The notes below the pieces were generated by a model, which did not search any database, was not told the DNA's origin, and saw only the letters and a list, made by a program, of their open reading frames with translations. Below are positions 37,201 to 47,162 of a stretch of DNA of 64,000 bases, one piece after another. Position numbers and translations under genes: made by a program. This stretch comes from Mantamonas sphyraenae STR306 (Eukaryota; Protista; CRuMs). Location: the NCBI GenBank assembly GCA_026936335.1, contig JAPMXV010000002.1, forward strand, positions 1 to 64,000, written 5' to 3'. How positions within the stretch are numbered: the stretch's first letter is position 1; the number at the start of each line of letters is the position of its first letter.

Positions 37201-40200
37201 TGCAGACGTGCACGTGCGCGTGGTTGTCGGTGTCGCCGTCAAGCTGAGAGCCCCAGCCCCAGCGTCGATCACTGTCACTTCCAACGTGGATATCTCTCTG
37301 CCAACCATCGCCGTGGAGGCTGTGGACGCAGGCAACAACGAGGTCGGCGCCACAGATGTGCCCCAGACACGCATCGTGGCTGTTGGCATCTCTGCCGGCG
37401 GTGCAAGTGGCCTCGTCGGGGCACGTGTCCACACCATGCGAAACGGAAGTGCCACCGTACCGGGTCTGCGTCTCAAGTACCCGCGCGCCGGGTTGTATGT
37501 GCTCACACTCAACGCCAGCGGTCTGGCAGACACAGCACTGCAGCTGACGGTGACGGTGGGCTCGCCGCACGCACTCGACGTGCAAACAAGTTGGCAGGGC
37601 ACCTTTGCGTCCACGCGTACGTATGTCCTCCCGACCCTGACTGTGCGTGTCGTCGATGTTGCAGGGAACGCGTTGGGCGCGAGCGACCCCGTCTCCTCGC
37701 GCTCTGTCAACATCACATGCGCCACCCTGCTCCTCAGCGGCTCCACCTTTTTCGCCACCAACCAGGGATCCGCACAGGCCACAGCTGTCACCATCACAAA
37801 TGCCCCGCAAGCGCTGCACACCATTGTGCTGTCCACGCCGGGCTTGCTGAGCGCAAACGTCACCGCCAATGTCACTGAAGGCGTGGCAGAGCGCCTGCAG
37901 GTATCTGTGGCCCCAAGTGCCGCCCTTGCGAGCGCAGAACTCACGCCCGTGACGCCTCTGCAGGTGGTTGCGGTCGACGCAGGCGGCACTCGCACAAACA
38001 CATACCCTCCGTTTACGGTGGTGCGCGTCTCGCTGCTGGATGCTCCGTCAGACTCGGGCGTCTCGTTGGTGTCCCTCGGCTCGTTGGAGTACCTTGCTGA
38101 AGGCGTGGCCACGTTCAACAACCTGCGCATGGTGAGGCCGCGCGCCTCCGACAAGACATACACCCTGCGCGTTGACGTGATCGGCCTCGACTGGGTGACC
38201 GACACGCTCACGGTCTCGATTGCCATCGGCGCACCGTATCGCTTGGTGTGTGAGTTTGGCGCCGCTGCCGCGACCCTGTCTGACTTCAACTCCATCGTCC
38301 CGACGGTGTCGGTACGCCAACAGGACGTCGGTGGCAGTTGGGTCTACGACCACCCTGCCGAGAAAGACATCTCCGCAGCGCTGTTGAACACCACGTCCGC
38401 TCTGAGGAGTGCAGGCTCTGTGGAACGCATGCGCAACGGAACGGCTGTGTTTGCCATGCTTGCCTTGCAGTCGCCCCCTCTCGGTGTGTATGTCATCGAG
38501 TACAGCAGCGGCACGCTGCTCAAGACACGTTCTCGCGTCCTCGTGGTCACCGGGCGACCCGTAGCCCTGGACGCCACCGCCTCTGCAAAGGCTGTAAGCA
38601 ACCGCAGCGCACAGGTCACTGCCGTCGATGTGCGTTCCTTCGACGCAGGCGGAAGCCCAGTGGGAACCAGCGACACGCTTGCGCGTCCCGTTCGGCTCGC
38701 TGTCAAGACGTCGCCCGGCGGATTGGATGAACAGCGTCAACCTGTGGCTGTCGTCAAACTCAGTGGCACCGTGCAGTACACGATGGCCCAGGGTGTGGTT
38801 CGCATCGACGGTGTGCGATTGTTGCGTCCGGTGGTGGGCATCCACACGTTGGAAGTGTCCACCAATGGTCTGTCCAGCGGCACCCTGGCCATCAACGTCA
38901 CCAGTGGCACCGCGGAACATCTGTTTGTTGTCTCCGGCGCCTCGCCGTCGTTGGCCTTTGCCGGTGGCGCCGCGACCGATGTGCCTGTACCGGCAATGTC
39001 TGTGCGTGTGGTCGACGCAGGCGGCAATGCGCTTGCGTCTCCGGTCGTTGCCCCGACGCCTGCGTACCACGTACAGGGCACAGTCGATGCTCAAATGCAC
39101 AGTTTCCTCGTGCGCGTCACCGCCGACGCTGCCGGTGTCATCCTCGCAGGCAACGCCGAACTCACTGCCACTGCTGCCAACGCCTACGAGGTCAGCTTTG
39201 CTGACCTGCGCCTGACCCCAGTGGCGGGCACCTACTCGCTGACGTTTTCTGCTGCTGATCTGGCCACCGCAAAGACGTCGGTCACTGTCAGGCACGGTCC
39301 ACCTGCAACGTTCCGATTTGTGCGTCGCTTGGCGTCCGTTGCGGACAACCGCAACACGGCAGCCACACCGTTTGCACAACAACCCATTGTTGAAGTCGTC
39401 GACACCGCAGGCAACCGTGTCAACACAAGCGACGTCCTGGTGCGCATCCAGGTGTCTCGCTTCACCACTGGAGGCCAGTTCGAGATGACGGCCAGGCAGG
39501 GAGTGGCCAACTACACAGGAGTCTTCTACACGGGCCCTTTTGGCAACGCCGTGGATGTGTTTGTGTCGGGCACAGACACACTCACGAATGCGCAGCTGAC
39601 TCCCGTTGTTCTGCCCAAAGCCCTGACCTTCATTGGCTGCGCCGAATTCCGCCCCAATTCTCAGGCCACGGTGACCAACGACACGTGCATCTGCTCGCCT
39701 GGCCACTTCTCGGCCACGCCCGACTCGCCGTGCACACCATGCAACGACCAAAGCTACCAAAACGACCCTGGCCAGGATTCGTGCGACCCGTGCGGAAGCA
39801 ACAGGGACACAAACGGCATTCTGGGAGCCATTGCACGCAAGCAGTGCGTGTGCTCGTTCGGCTACTACGAAAATGCCCTCACCAACGGTGATTGTGTCAT
39901 TTGCCCCGCCGGTCTGGAGTGCAGACAGGACATCAACAACGGATACCACGTCAAGCCGGGCTACTTCAGCTTCAACCTGAGTGCAGCCACGTTCGAAACC
40001 TGCCCCAATCCGGACGCCTGTCTGGGTGGAAGCAACTCCTCCTGCGCCGAAGGATATCGTGGCCCGCTGTGTTCGCTGTGCGACCCCGGGTACGGCAAGC
40101 GCGGCACAACCTGTGTCAAGTGTGACCAAGAAGAGGTGAGCTGGCTGTATGTGGTGGGCACGTTCCTGGCCCTCATCTACATCATCATCTCGCTGGCTCG

Positions 40201-42508
40201 CCGTGGCCAGGGCAAGCGCAAGAGCATCCGCGCCATCATCAAGAAGATCCTGCTCAACTACATGCAGGTGCTGGCGTTCATCGGTGACTTCCGCATGCGC
40301 TGGAGCGGTCTGATGCTGACCATTTTCCAGATCAGCGGAATCACCAATTTCGGACTGTTCCAGCAGCCGTTGGACTGCACCACCAAGTGGACCTACTACG
40401 ACAAGTTTGTTTCGTACACACTGGTGCCCATTGTGTGTGTCATTGTCCCTCTCTTTGCCTACGGCTGTGCCTGGCTGGTCAAGCTGGCCTCGCGAAAGAT
40501 CACCGCCAAGTGGCTCTTTGACTTCAACACCTTTTGCATCCGCGTATCCGTCGCCGCCATCTTCATTGTGTTCCCGGTCATCACCAACAATGTGCTCACC
40601 TTTTTCAACTGCAAGCGCTACTCCGACACAGCGTTCCTCCTTGTCGACGATCTCAGCATCTCGTGCGAGGACCCGGAATACCTTGCGTGGCGTGCGCTGG
40701 CCATCGTGGCTGTCATCATCTATCTCGTCGGTTTCCCGGCGTTCTTTGGCTACTTGTTGTGGAAGAGCAAGAAGAACCCCAAGATCTTCCCCAAGATCGA
40801 CTTGCTCACACACGGCTACGTCGGCAAACGTTACTGGTGGGAGCTTGTCATTCTCGTCCGCAAGATCATCATTGTGCTGGTCGTGATCTTTTACAAGGAC
40901 GAGCCCCTGACGCAAATCTACTTTGGTCTGTGGATCATCCTTTCTGGCCTTGTGTTGCACCTGTACGCGCGTCCATTCAAGCATCCGCTGCACACGCGCC
41001 TGGAGACATACACACTATTGGTGACATGCATGACTCTGATGGCAGGCATGATGTTCTTCAGCACTGAAGCGACAGAGGACGAAAAGACGGCCCTCACGGT
41101 GGGCCTCTTTGTGCTCAACATGGCCTTGGCTCTGATGTTTGTCACTCTACTCTTCTACCTGTGGGCCATCAGCAAGTGGGAGAAGTATGTGGCAAAGCGC
41201 ATTGCAGGCAAATACGCCATGAAGAAGCGCAGCGCAAGCAGATGGGCCGACTCGGGCAAGTTTGACGTCATTGCCAGGGCGGTCCTGGGAACCGGTCTGG
41301 ACTTTGCCAAGGAGCAGAAGGACGCTGAAAATGCCACGCTGGCCGCGCCAAGTGCGCTGGTGGGCCAGATCAAGCTGGAGAAGCAGGACAGCGGCTTCGA
41401 CCTGAAAAAGGTCATCGACGAGGGCGTGGACATCAGCAAGTACTACGAAAAGGAGCTGGAACAGAAGGATGAACTCGAGGTCGCCAGCAAAGAGCGAGAG
41501 CGAGAGCTGGAACAGATCTCTGCTTCGCTGTCCCAGAGCAAACGCAGCACAATTGGAGTCAAGGCGCTGGCGCTGGACGAGTTTGACGCCGACAGCGAGG
41601 TGTTGGACAAGAAGAAGCAAGCCATCGAGCAGCGTCAGTCAGAGTCGTCCGAGCGCATGGAGCAGCTGCGCAGGCGCAACAGCACCGCACAGACGCGCGA
41701 CCCAAAGGAAGGACTTTCGCGAGCCCTGGCAAGCGGCAAGCGACGCATCGAGGTTTTTGAGCGCATCTCGCAGGATGTGGGCGCCCAGCGATACGGCAGC
41801 CTCGTAGGTCAGATGTGGGAGCGCGTGGTGGCCCTAGAAAGCGAGCGGGAGATGCTGGAGTCGGAAGAACTCCTGGACCAGGTGAACGAGATCCTGCTGG
41901 AGTACTTTGACGACGACGCCAACGAGTGTGTGGACGTGGATTTCGGCGTTCTCAGCAATGTGCTGGAGCAAATGGAGGAAGTGGAGAGCGGCCAAGACGC
42001 CGTCGCGCTGCTGGACCTTCTCTGGCGCGACTTGTTCCTGCCCACATGGATGGACATCAAACAGGGTGTCATCTACCAGGAAGGAGGCGAGACAAAGCAG
42101 GACACAGAGGCCAAGGGCTGGGCTGGCCTGCGCACAAAGCTGCGCTCGGGCTCGCTGGTACACTCGAAAGCAAAGTCGGCCTCCATCCTGCGCAAGGATC
42201 TCGATGAAAAGGTGGAAGGTGGCCAAGCCTCGATCTTGGATGTCGTCAAAGCCGCCAAGGCGACGGAAGAAGCCGGTGGACGGAAGAAGAAGCGCCGCGG
42301 CCAACTGGAGGATGACGACGCGGAAGGGCAGGGTGATGAGGAGGAAGTGGAGGCTGTTGAAGACAAGCAGTCTGGTGATGAGGAAGAAATGGCACTGGTT
42401 GAGGACACAGAGGCTGATGAGGAGCAAGACGTCGATGAGCTGATGCTCAAGAAGAAGAAACGAAAGAAGAAGCGCAAGAAGGCGCTTGACGATGAAGAAA
42501 GCGAGTGA
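4256..42508 (+). CDS. Giant multidomain cell-surface/adhesin-like membrane protein, ~12,550 aa. Exons 4256-4358, 4492-4724, 5026-5198, 5292-24880, 24964-42508, with 6 apparent 1-nt frameshifts
   Basis: Signal-peptide-like start (MTTRKRSSSPKHALIVASVLLITAAFTAA). Splicing the four introns gives a continuous frame that matches the internal repeats (e.g. APAW|NGTQGG vs PKPWDGHTGG). ORFs 5692, 11136, 13343, 16270, 24975, 32944, 33273 and 34091 each continue the repeat pattern of the previous one across a frameshift or intron. The only TM cluster is at the C-terminus. Confidence 0.85.
4359..4491 (+). other. Intron 1 of giant gene, non-canonical GC-AG
   Basis: ACAG|GCATGT donor, pyrimidine tract, GCTTAC branch-like site, CCGCAG acceptor. 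Phase 1 joins ...PYT-G-QNHAKF in frame. Confidence 0.7.
4725..5025 (+). other. Intron 2 of giant gene (GT-AG)
   Basis: GTACGT donor, C-rich body with poly-C and (TGCACTCCC)3, CCCAG acceptor. Phase 0 joins SNQL|DPNAW. Confidence 0.7.
5199..5291 (+). other. Intron 3 of giant gene (GT-AG)
   Basis: GTACGC donor, CTAAC branch point at ~5241, CCCAG acceptor. Restores the conserved AW-NG-TQGG motif. Confidence 0.88.
8170..24570 (+). repeat. Array of 11 coding units (~1.5 kb period), each an SBBP-like beta-propeller plus a cadherin-like Ig domain
   Basis: Blade motif DxxGNxYxxG...D(A/I)F(V/L)xK(Y/F)xxxGxxLWxRQ(F/Y)GTxxxD repeated. Each propeller is followed by PP...DxD..LTLxxxCxxC...GTPA...W...VSDG...GxC. 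Units start near 8190, 9450, 11000, 12470, 13950, 15500, 17020, 18540, 20060, 21560 and 23095. Confidence 0.88.
24881..24963 (+). other. Intron 4 of giant gene (GT-AG, 83 nt)
   Basis: GTAAGT donor, T-rich tract, GCAG acceptor. Joins ORF 16270 to ORF 24975 in frame (WTN-L-NDGVYDM). Confidence 0.9.
26750..32530 (+). repeat. About 11 filamin-type Ig repeats, two of them carrying inserted domains
   Basis: Recurrent AG...VxxRDxFGN...(A/S)GTYxLxV...H(I/V)xGSP motif, typical of filamin/ABP280 repeats. Confidence 0.82.
32535..33670 (+). other. Two IPT/TIG domains plus a discoidin (F5/8C)-like beta-sandwich within the giant protein
   Basis: ISAVNPTTGPSTGGTVLTIDGDNF...CTTP and FTPQVGQTTGGETITVAGTG...CTTP; then ENLATNATTTGS...YEVQ...TWQTI...LYEFEVHG. 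Confidence 0.72.
33720..39625 (+). repeat. About 18 tandem invasin/intimin-like (bacterial-type Ig) repeats of ~105 aa
   Basis: Repeating GxPxxL...VxxxDAGxN...GxAxFxxLxLxxPxxGxYxLxFxxxGL...VxVxxG motif, counted 18 times. Confidence 0.8.
39630..41170 (+). other. Cys-rich (GCC2/GCC3, EGF-like) stalk plus ~9-TM membrane domain of the giant protein
   Basis: CICSPGHFS..CTPC..SYQ..GQDSCDPC and CAEGYRGPLCSLCDPGY; then hydrophobic segments with KILLNYMQV, YWWELVILVRK and ARPF motifs, common in protist multi-pass surface proteins. Confidence 0.85.
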
Positions 42509-42566
42509 CAATGAAGGAATCCCACTTCCGCATCCAATTGAAATCCATTTTTCACCGTATACGTAC

Positions 42567-44617
42567 TCATGCGCTGCTCAGCGTCCTGTCGATCCCTTCC
42601 GCAGAGAGAAACGGACGCGCGGGAAGGCGCGGAAACTCGCCCGTGACAAACGAGCGCAGGACAAGAAACACGTACAACACAGACATGGCCAGACACACCG
42701 CCACGATTCGCAACGAGTACAAGATTGTGTCCAACAGCAGCGAATAGACGAGCCACAGGACCTTGGGGCCCACTCCAATCACGTCTGGCAACTTGCCCGT
42801 GCCATGGACCATCCACCACCAGGTGATGCGTGCCTGAGCGGTACTATTGATGGCAATGAGCACGTAGATGCCAGCAAACAGCCCTGCTGTGAGTGAGGAG
42901 TCGTCCTCCGCCGAGAGCACCATCATGGTCAGGAGGCCGCCCTTGGCCAGGTGCACTGCGTTGGTCAGCACAGCCACCACGTTTGCATCAAATGGGGCAG
43001 CCGATTGGAAGCCCAGCTCTTCGTCGTAGACTGTGCCTGGCATGAGCCGCCAACGCTCCCGAGCAATTGCCGCTACCCCGTCACACAAACCCATGATGGG
43101 CACCAGCGCACACAGGGGAACTGCCCACGCATTGTGCATCTGATTTACGCGAGTTGGGCGCCCATTTTGATCCTTGGACACGCACCCTAGCCACAACAGC
43201 CTGGTGCGAGCCTCCTGTGTGGACGCCAAATTGGTGCGAAACCCAAGCACCCCCTTGCTGATCACAACGACAAGCACTTGCACAATTCCCACAGTGGGGT
43301 CGATGTTTCCCAGCATGGCCACAATCAGCGCAGTCTGCACAGCGTCCAGCATGGCAAACGTCCAGTGCAGCGAAGCTGTCACCGGCTGCTTGTCGGACGA
43401 GTGCTCGTGTAAACGAAGCAACTGTGGCAGTTGCAAACAATGTGCAATGCAAAGCAGCAGCGCCAGTGTGCCGCCCATCACTGGGACCCACAGGTTCAGC
43501 AGGTCGACCGCCAGGCCCTCGCCCACGGGCAGCTCCCCAAGATACGCCTCCAGCAGCCACACAAAGGCTGCCACAAAGCCTGCCGTACCTGCCACCAGAA
43601 TAATAAGCATCACAATGGTCATGGTCGCCGTGTGTGATGGAGTATGGCTTGCTGCTGCTGCCAGCACCCCGCTCACAAAGATCAGGCTCGAGCTCGCAAG
43701 CACCAGCTGTGACCAAACACGCGGGGTGACTGGTATCCCCGGAAGCCACGCTGGAGTCCACAAAAGCAACATCAAACACAAAAGGGAACTCACAAGGTGC
43801 ACGCCGGCGGGAATGTCTGGCACCGTCGGCTCGCCCTTTGCACGCCTTCTCAGCACCAAACCCAGACTCAGAACACACACCAGCACAACAAGGGCCCCCG
43901 ATGGAGTCAACATGAGCCATCGCGATCGACGTGCGTCTGCACGGAATCCAAACTGGACGGTGGTGCCCGCCGCAAAGGATGTTGGCACGGACGTGTCCTC
44001 GACAAGCCGCCCACACGTCGTGTTGTCGTCCTCACTCACGACGTTCCACACGATGCCTGCTGCAGCCGCCTCTGCACCTGGTGCACTGTCCACCTTTGTC
44101 AGCATCGTGCAATTGGCAAACGTGCAGCCGCGAGGCAGCCCGTCTCTCCACGGCACCGTGTTGCTTGTCAGCAGCTTCTTCGCCAGATGGTCCAGGTTCC
44201 ACACCCAGATCCAGAAGCGACCTGAAGTTGCGCTGCTGGTGTTCCCACCCTGCACGCGAGTCACTTCCATCTTCAATTCGCCTTCGACCGCCTGCACAGA
44301 ATTTGGCGACAAACCGCGCGACAACACGCCTTCACGGGCGCGGCTCCAGACAGTTCCACAGCGCACAGTTCCCTGCCCGACGCTGCGTGCCACACACGTG
44401 CACGCAAATGCACCCCTGGGGCTGCTTCGCGAAGCTCAATGTACGGTTTTGTCACGAGCAAGGACAGGTTGAACACGGAAAACGTTTGCGGCAAACGGCC
44501 AACGTCGCCCTCCGCTCCCCCGTCCGCGTAGGGCTCCCCTGTCAGAAACACGAACGACACCGCCATTCCCGCCAAAAACACGACCACCACGCTAAAGGCC
44601 TTGTCCGTCAGCGCCAT
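42567..44617 (-). CDS. Unknown multi-pass membrane protein (~680 aa; one apparent -1 frameshift at ~44335)
   Basis: ORF 42567-44393 has more than 10 hydrophobic segments but only a GTG start. The upstream frame has ATG at 44617 followed by a signal/anchor (MALTDKAFSVVVVFLAGMAVSFVFL) and joins by a -1 shift near ...GAAP/EGVLSRG. Confidence 0.65.
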
Positions 44618-44677
44618 CGTCTGGCGAACAGAAGATACGTTGTTGTTGTGGCGCGCCTGCGCAGACACCACTCCACA

Positions 44678-45805
44678 ATGCTCCTCGACCCAAGCTCCGA
44701 CCGATTCCAGCAAGGTCGAGCCGACCATGCCAAGCTCGGCGAGTCCTCGAAGCGTGTTCGACGCTTCTATCGTGCCCAGGCCCACCTCCTGGACACGTTT
44801 CTGGAACTCGACCGCTTGCACATGGAGCAGGAGCCATCCCAGGACGGCGACGCTACCCCCCCGGAGCAATCCGCATCTCCTCCTTCTCCTCCTCCTCCCG
44901 ACCCACAGTCACGCACCGTCAAGGTGGCCATGACTGCAAGCTTCGCTGCAAACCTCCTCCTCTTTGGCCTCAAGGTTTGGGCAGCCACCACCTCAGGCTC
45001 CCTCGCTGTCATTGCCTCCACAGTGGACTCCTTTCTCGACCTCCTTTCTGGCTCCATTATTTACGCAACGGCCCTCGTCATGCGCCGAAACGACCCATAT
45101 CTGTACCCGGCCGGCAATGCGCGCCTCGAACCGCTCGGCATCATCGCCTTTGCCAGCTGCATGTTTACAGCCACCTTGCAGCTGTTGCAGTTGGGCATTT
45201 CCACTCTCCTTGCAGGAGATTCCTCCTACCTGACCATTGACGTGCCTTCCCTGGTCGTCATTGCATCTAGCATTGTCATCAAGGCCGCCCTCTGGTTCTT
45301 CTGCACACGTGTGGACAACGAGAGCGTCCAGGTGCTTTCTGACGACCACCGCAACGACACTCTTTCCAACAGCGCCGGCCTCATCGCCATGTTTGTCGCC
45401 CAGGCTGCTTGGCAAGTCGATCCCATCGCCTCCATCCTAATCTCCCTCTACGTCATGTTCAATTGGGGTGCCACAGCCCTCGAGCAAATCCGAACCCTTA
45501 GCGGCCGCACAGCCTCGCCCATGCTCCTCCAGAAGCTCACCTACCTCGTGTGGAACCATGACCCACGCGTCCAACAGATCGACACCGTCCGTGCCTTCCA
45601 TCTCGGCCTCGGTTTCCTTGTCGAGGTCGACATTGTCCTCCCAGCAGACATGTCCCTCCGCGACGCACACGACATCGGCGAATCCCTCCAGTCCAAACTC
45701 GAGCGCATTGACATTGTCGAGCGAGCCTTTGTCCATCTCGACTACGAGGTTGACCATGCCCCCGAACACAGAGGCACTCTGGAGCAAGTTTCCCTCGGCG
45801 ATTGA
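44678..45805 (+). CDS. Cation diffusion facilitator, Mn-CDF (plant MTP8-11-like) metal transporter
   Basis: SLAVIASTVDSFLDLLSG, YPAGNARLEPLGII, DHRND, DTVRAF, EVDIVLP, AHDIGESLQ and VERAFVHLDYE..H.PEH are Mn-CDF hallmarks. ATG at 44678. Confidence 0.93.
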   Translation: MLLDPSSDRFQQGRADHAKLGESSKRVRRFYRAQAHLLDTFLELDRLHMEQEPSQDGDATPPEQSASPPSPPPPDPQSRTVKVAMTASFAANLLLFGLKVWAATTSGSLAVIASTVDSFLDLLSGSIIYATALVMRRNDPYLYPAGNARLEPLGIIAFASCMFTATLQLLQLGISTLLAGDSSYLTIDVPSLVVIASSIVIKAALWFFCTRVDNESVQVLSDDHRNDTLSNSAGLIAMFVAQAAWQVDPIASILISLYVMFNWGATALEQIRTLSGRTASPMLLQKLTYLVWNHDPRVQQIDTVRAFHLGLGFLVEVDIVLPADMSLRDAHDIGESLQSKLERIDIVERAFVHLDYEVDHAPEHRGTLEQVSLGD

Positions 45806-45847
45806 TTCCATCCCAAGTACAACCACTTCACTGTTCATTTCCAACCC

Positions 45848-47071
45848 TCACTCGCTTGTTTTGGCGCTTGCCTTTGCCTTTGCCTTCCTTGTCGCTTTCT
45901 TCATCTTCTTCACCGCGTTGCTCTTGCCCTTGCCTCCTTCTTTCTTCTTCTTGATTCCCTCCTTGGCCAGGTTGCCACTCCTCTTTGCCTTGGCCTTCTT
46001 CTTCAGCTTCTTTTCAATGCGCAGCGACGCCCCGATGGCCGGTCGTGACCGCGTTCCCTCAAAGCCCTTGCCGCTTCCCTTCTGATTCCCACCTACTCCG
46101 TTCTTCTTCTTCTTCTTCTGCTCCTTCGACGGCATCACACGCACCTCCCGTCCACACACCTCCGTCCCCTTCACTGAAAGTCCGTTCAGACTGCCCTGCT
46201 CCGTGTCAAACTCCACAAACGCAATCCCCTTGCAGATGTTCGTGTCCTTGTCGCGCACCACTCGCACCGCCGTGATCTCTCCACACGCCCCAAATGCCTC
46301 CCACAGATCCTCCTCTTCCGTTTCTGGCGCCAGGTTGCCCACAAACACCGTGCGTTTGTTGTCCAGCTTCCTCTCCTTGTCTGCCATGTCCACCCGCAGG
46401 TGCTTCTCGTTCAGAACCGTCCCATTCAGCACCTGCGCAGCCTCCGCCTCCTCTCGCGTCGCAAAGACCACATACGCGTTCATACTCGTCCTCTTCGGGT
46501 GGAAGTTCTGGCTTTTTGCGTTGGCGCTCCTATCCATTCGCCCGTCTGCAATCGGGATCGACCGGAACCGCACGCTCTCCACCTCGCCGTGCTCCGAAAA
46601 CACTCGCTTCAGCGCCTTGCGTTTCGTCGACACACTCACGTTGCCCACAAATACCGTCCTGGACGTCCTTTCCTCCTCTTCCTCAGCACTCAGCCTCTGT
46701 CTCTTTGCCCCTCGCTCTGCACGTCTTCCCTGCTCGCTCTCCTGGTCCGCGTCTGAATCCGACTCCTCCGCCTCACCAGCCCTTTGTTTCCTCTTCCTCT
46801 GCCCTTCCCACCGCATGCCCATCTCCTCCGCCATGGCCCTCCTCTCCTCCTCTTCGTCTTCGCTCTCCATCCCATCCTCATCCTCCAACTGTGCCTTTGC
46901 CACCGCCGCCTTGTTCTTGCTCGCCGCTGCATGCTGCTGCGACGTACGCACATTTCGCTTGCGCTTGCTCTTTGCCGCCCGTGCGCTCCTCTTTGCCTGC
47001 GACCCATGGCTCGACGACGGTGCCGATCCAAAGAACGACGTCAGCTCCTGCTCCTGCTCCTGCTCCGACAT
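45848..47071 (-). CDS. RBM34: Nucleolar two-RRM protein RBM34/Nop12
   Basis: RTVFVGNV...GEVESVRFRS...NAYVVF...HLRVD and RTVFVGNL...VRVVRD...CKGIAFVEF; Lys-rich tail. Confidence 0.88.
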   Translation of the reverse strand: MSEQEQEQELTSFFGSAPSSSHGSQAKRSARAAKSKRKRNVRTSQQHAAASKNKAAVAKAQLEDEDGMESEDEEEERRAMAEEMGMRWEGQRKRKQRAGEAEESDSDADQESEQGRRAERGAKRQRLSAEEEEERTSRTVFVGNVSVSTKRKALKRVFSEHGEVESVRFRSIPIADGRMDRSANAKSQNFHPKRTSMNAYVVFATREEAEAAQVLNGTVLNEKHLRVDMADKERKLDNKRTVFVGNLAPETEEEDLWEAFGACGEITAVRVVRDKDTNICKGIAFVEFDTEQGSLNGLSVKGTEVCGREVRVMPSKEQKKKKKNGVGGNQKGSGKGFEGTRSRPAIGASLRIEKKLKKKAKAKRSGNLAKEGIKKKKEGGKGKSNAVKKMKKATRKAKAKASAKTSE

Positions 47072-47162
47072 TGGATTGTGTGTCAATGGAAACTAAAGGT
47101 TCGATTTCACTGCTCCACCTGCCGCAACACCACCCCGTGCACACCACACCCTCCCTCACGCC

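Noticed and set aside
38048-40993. 981-aa antisense ORF, and similar ones (1391-4078, 22555-24897, 30837-32936, 47376-49499, 50625-52121)
   Set aside because: Shadow frames of real genes. GC-rich codon bias removes stops on the opposite strand, and the translations show no motifs.
5692-42508. Reading the eight large ORFs as separate genes or an operon
   Set aside because: Internal ORFs lack signal peptides, begin mid-repeat and overlap. Repeat motifs continue across each junction.
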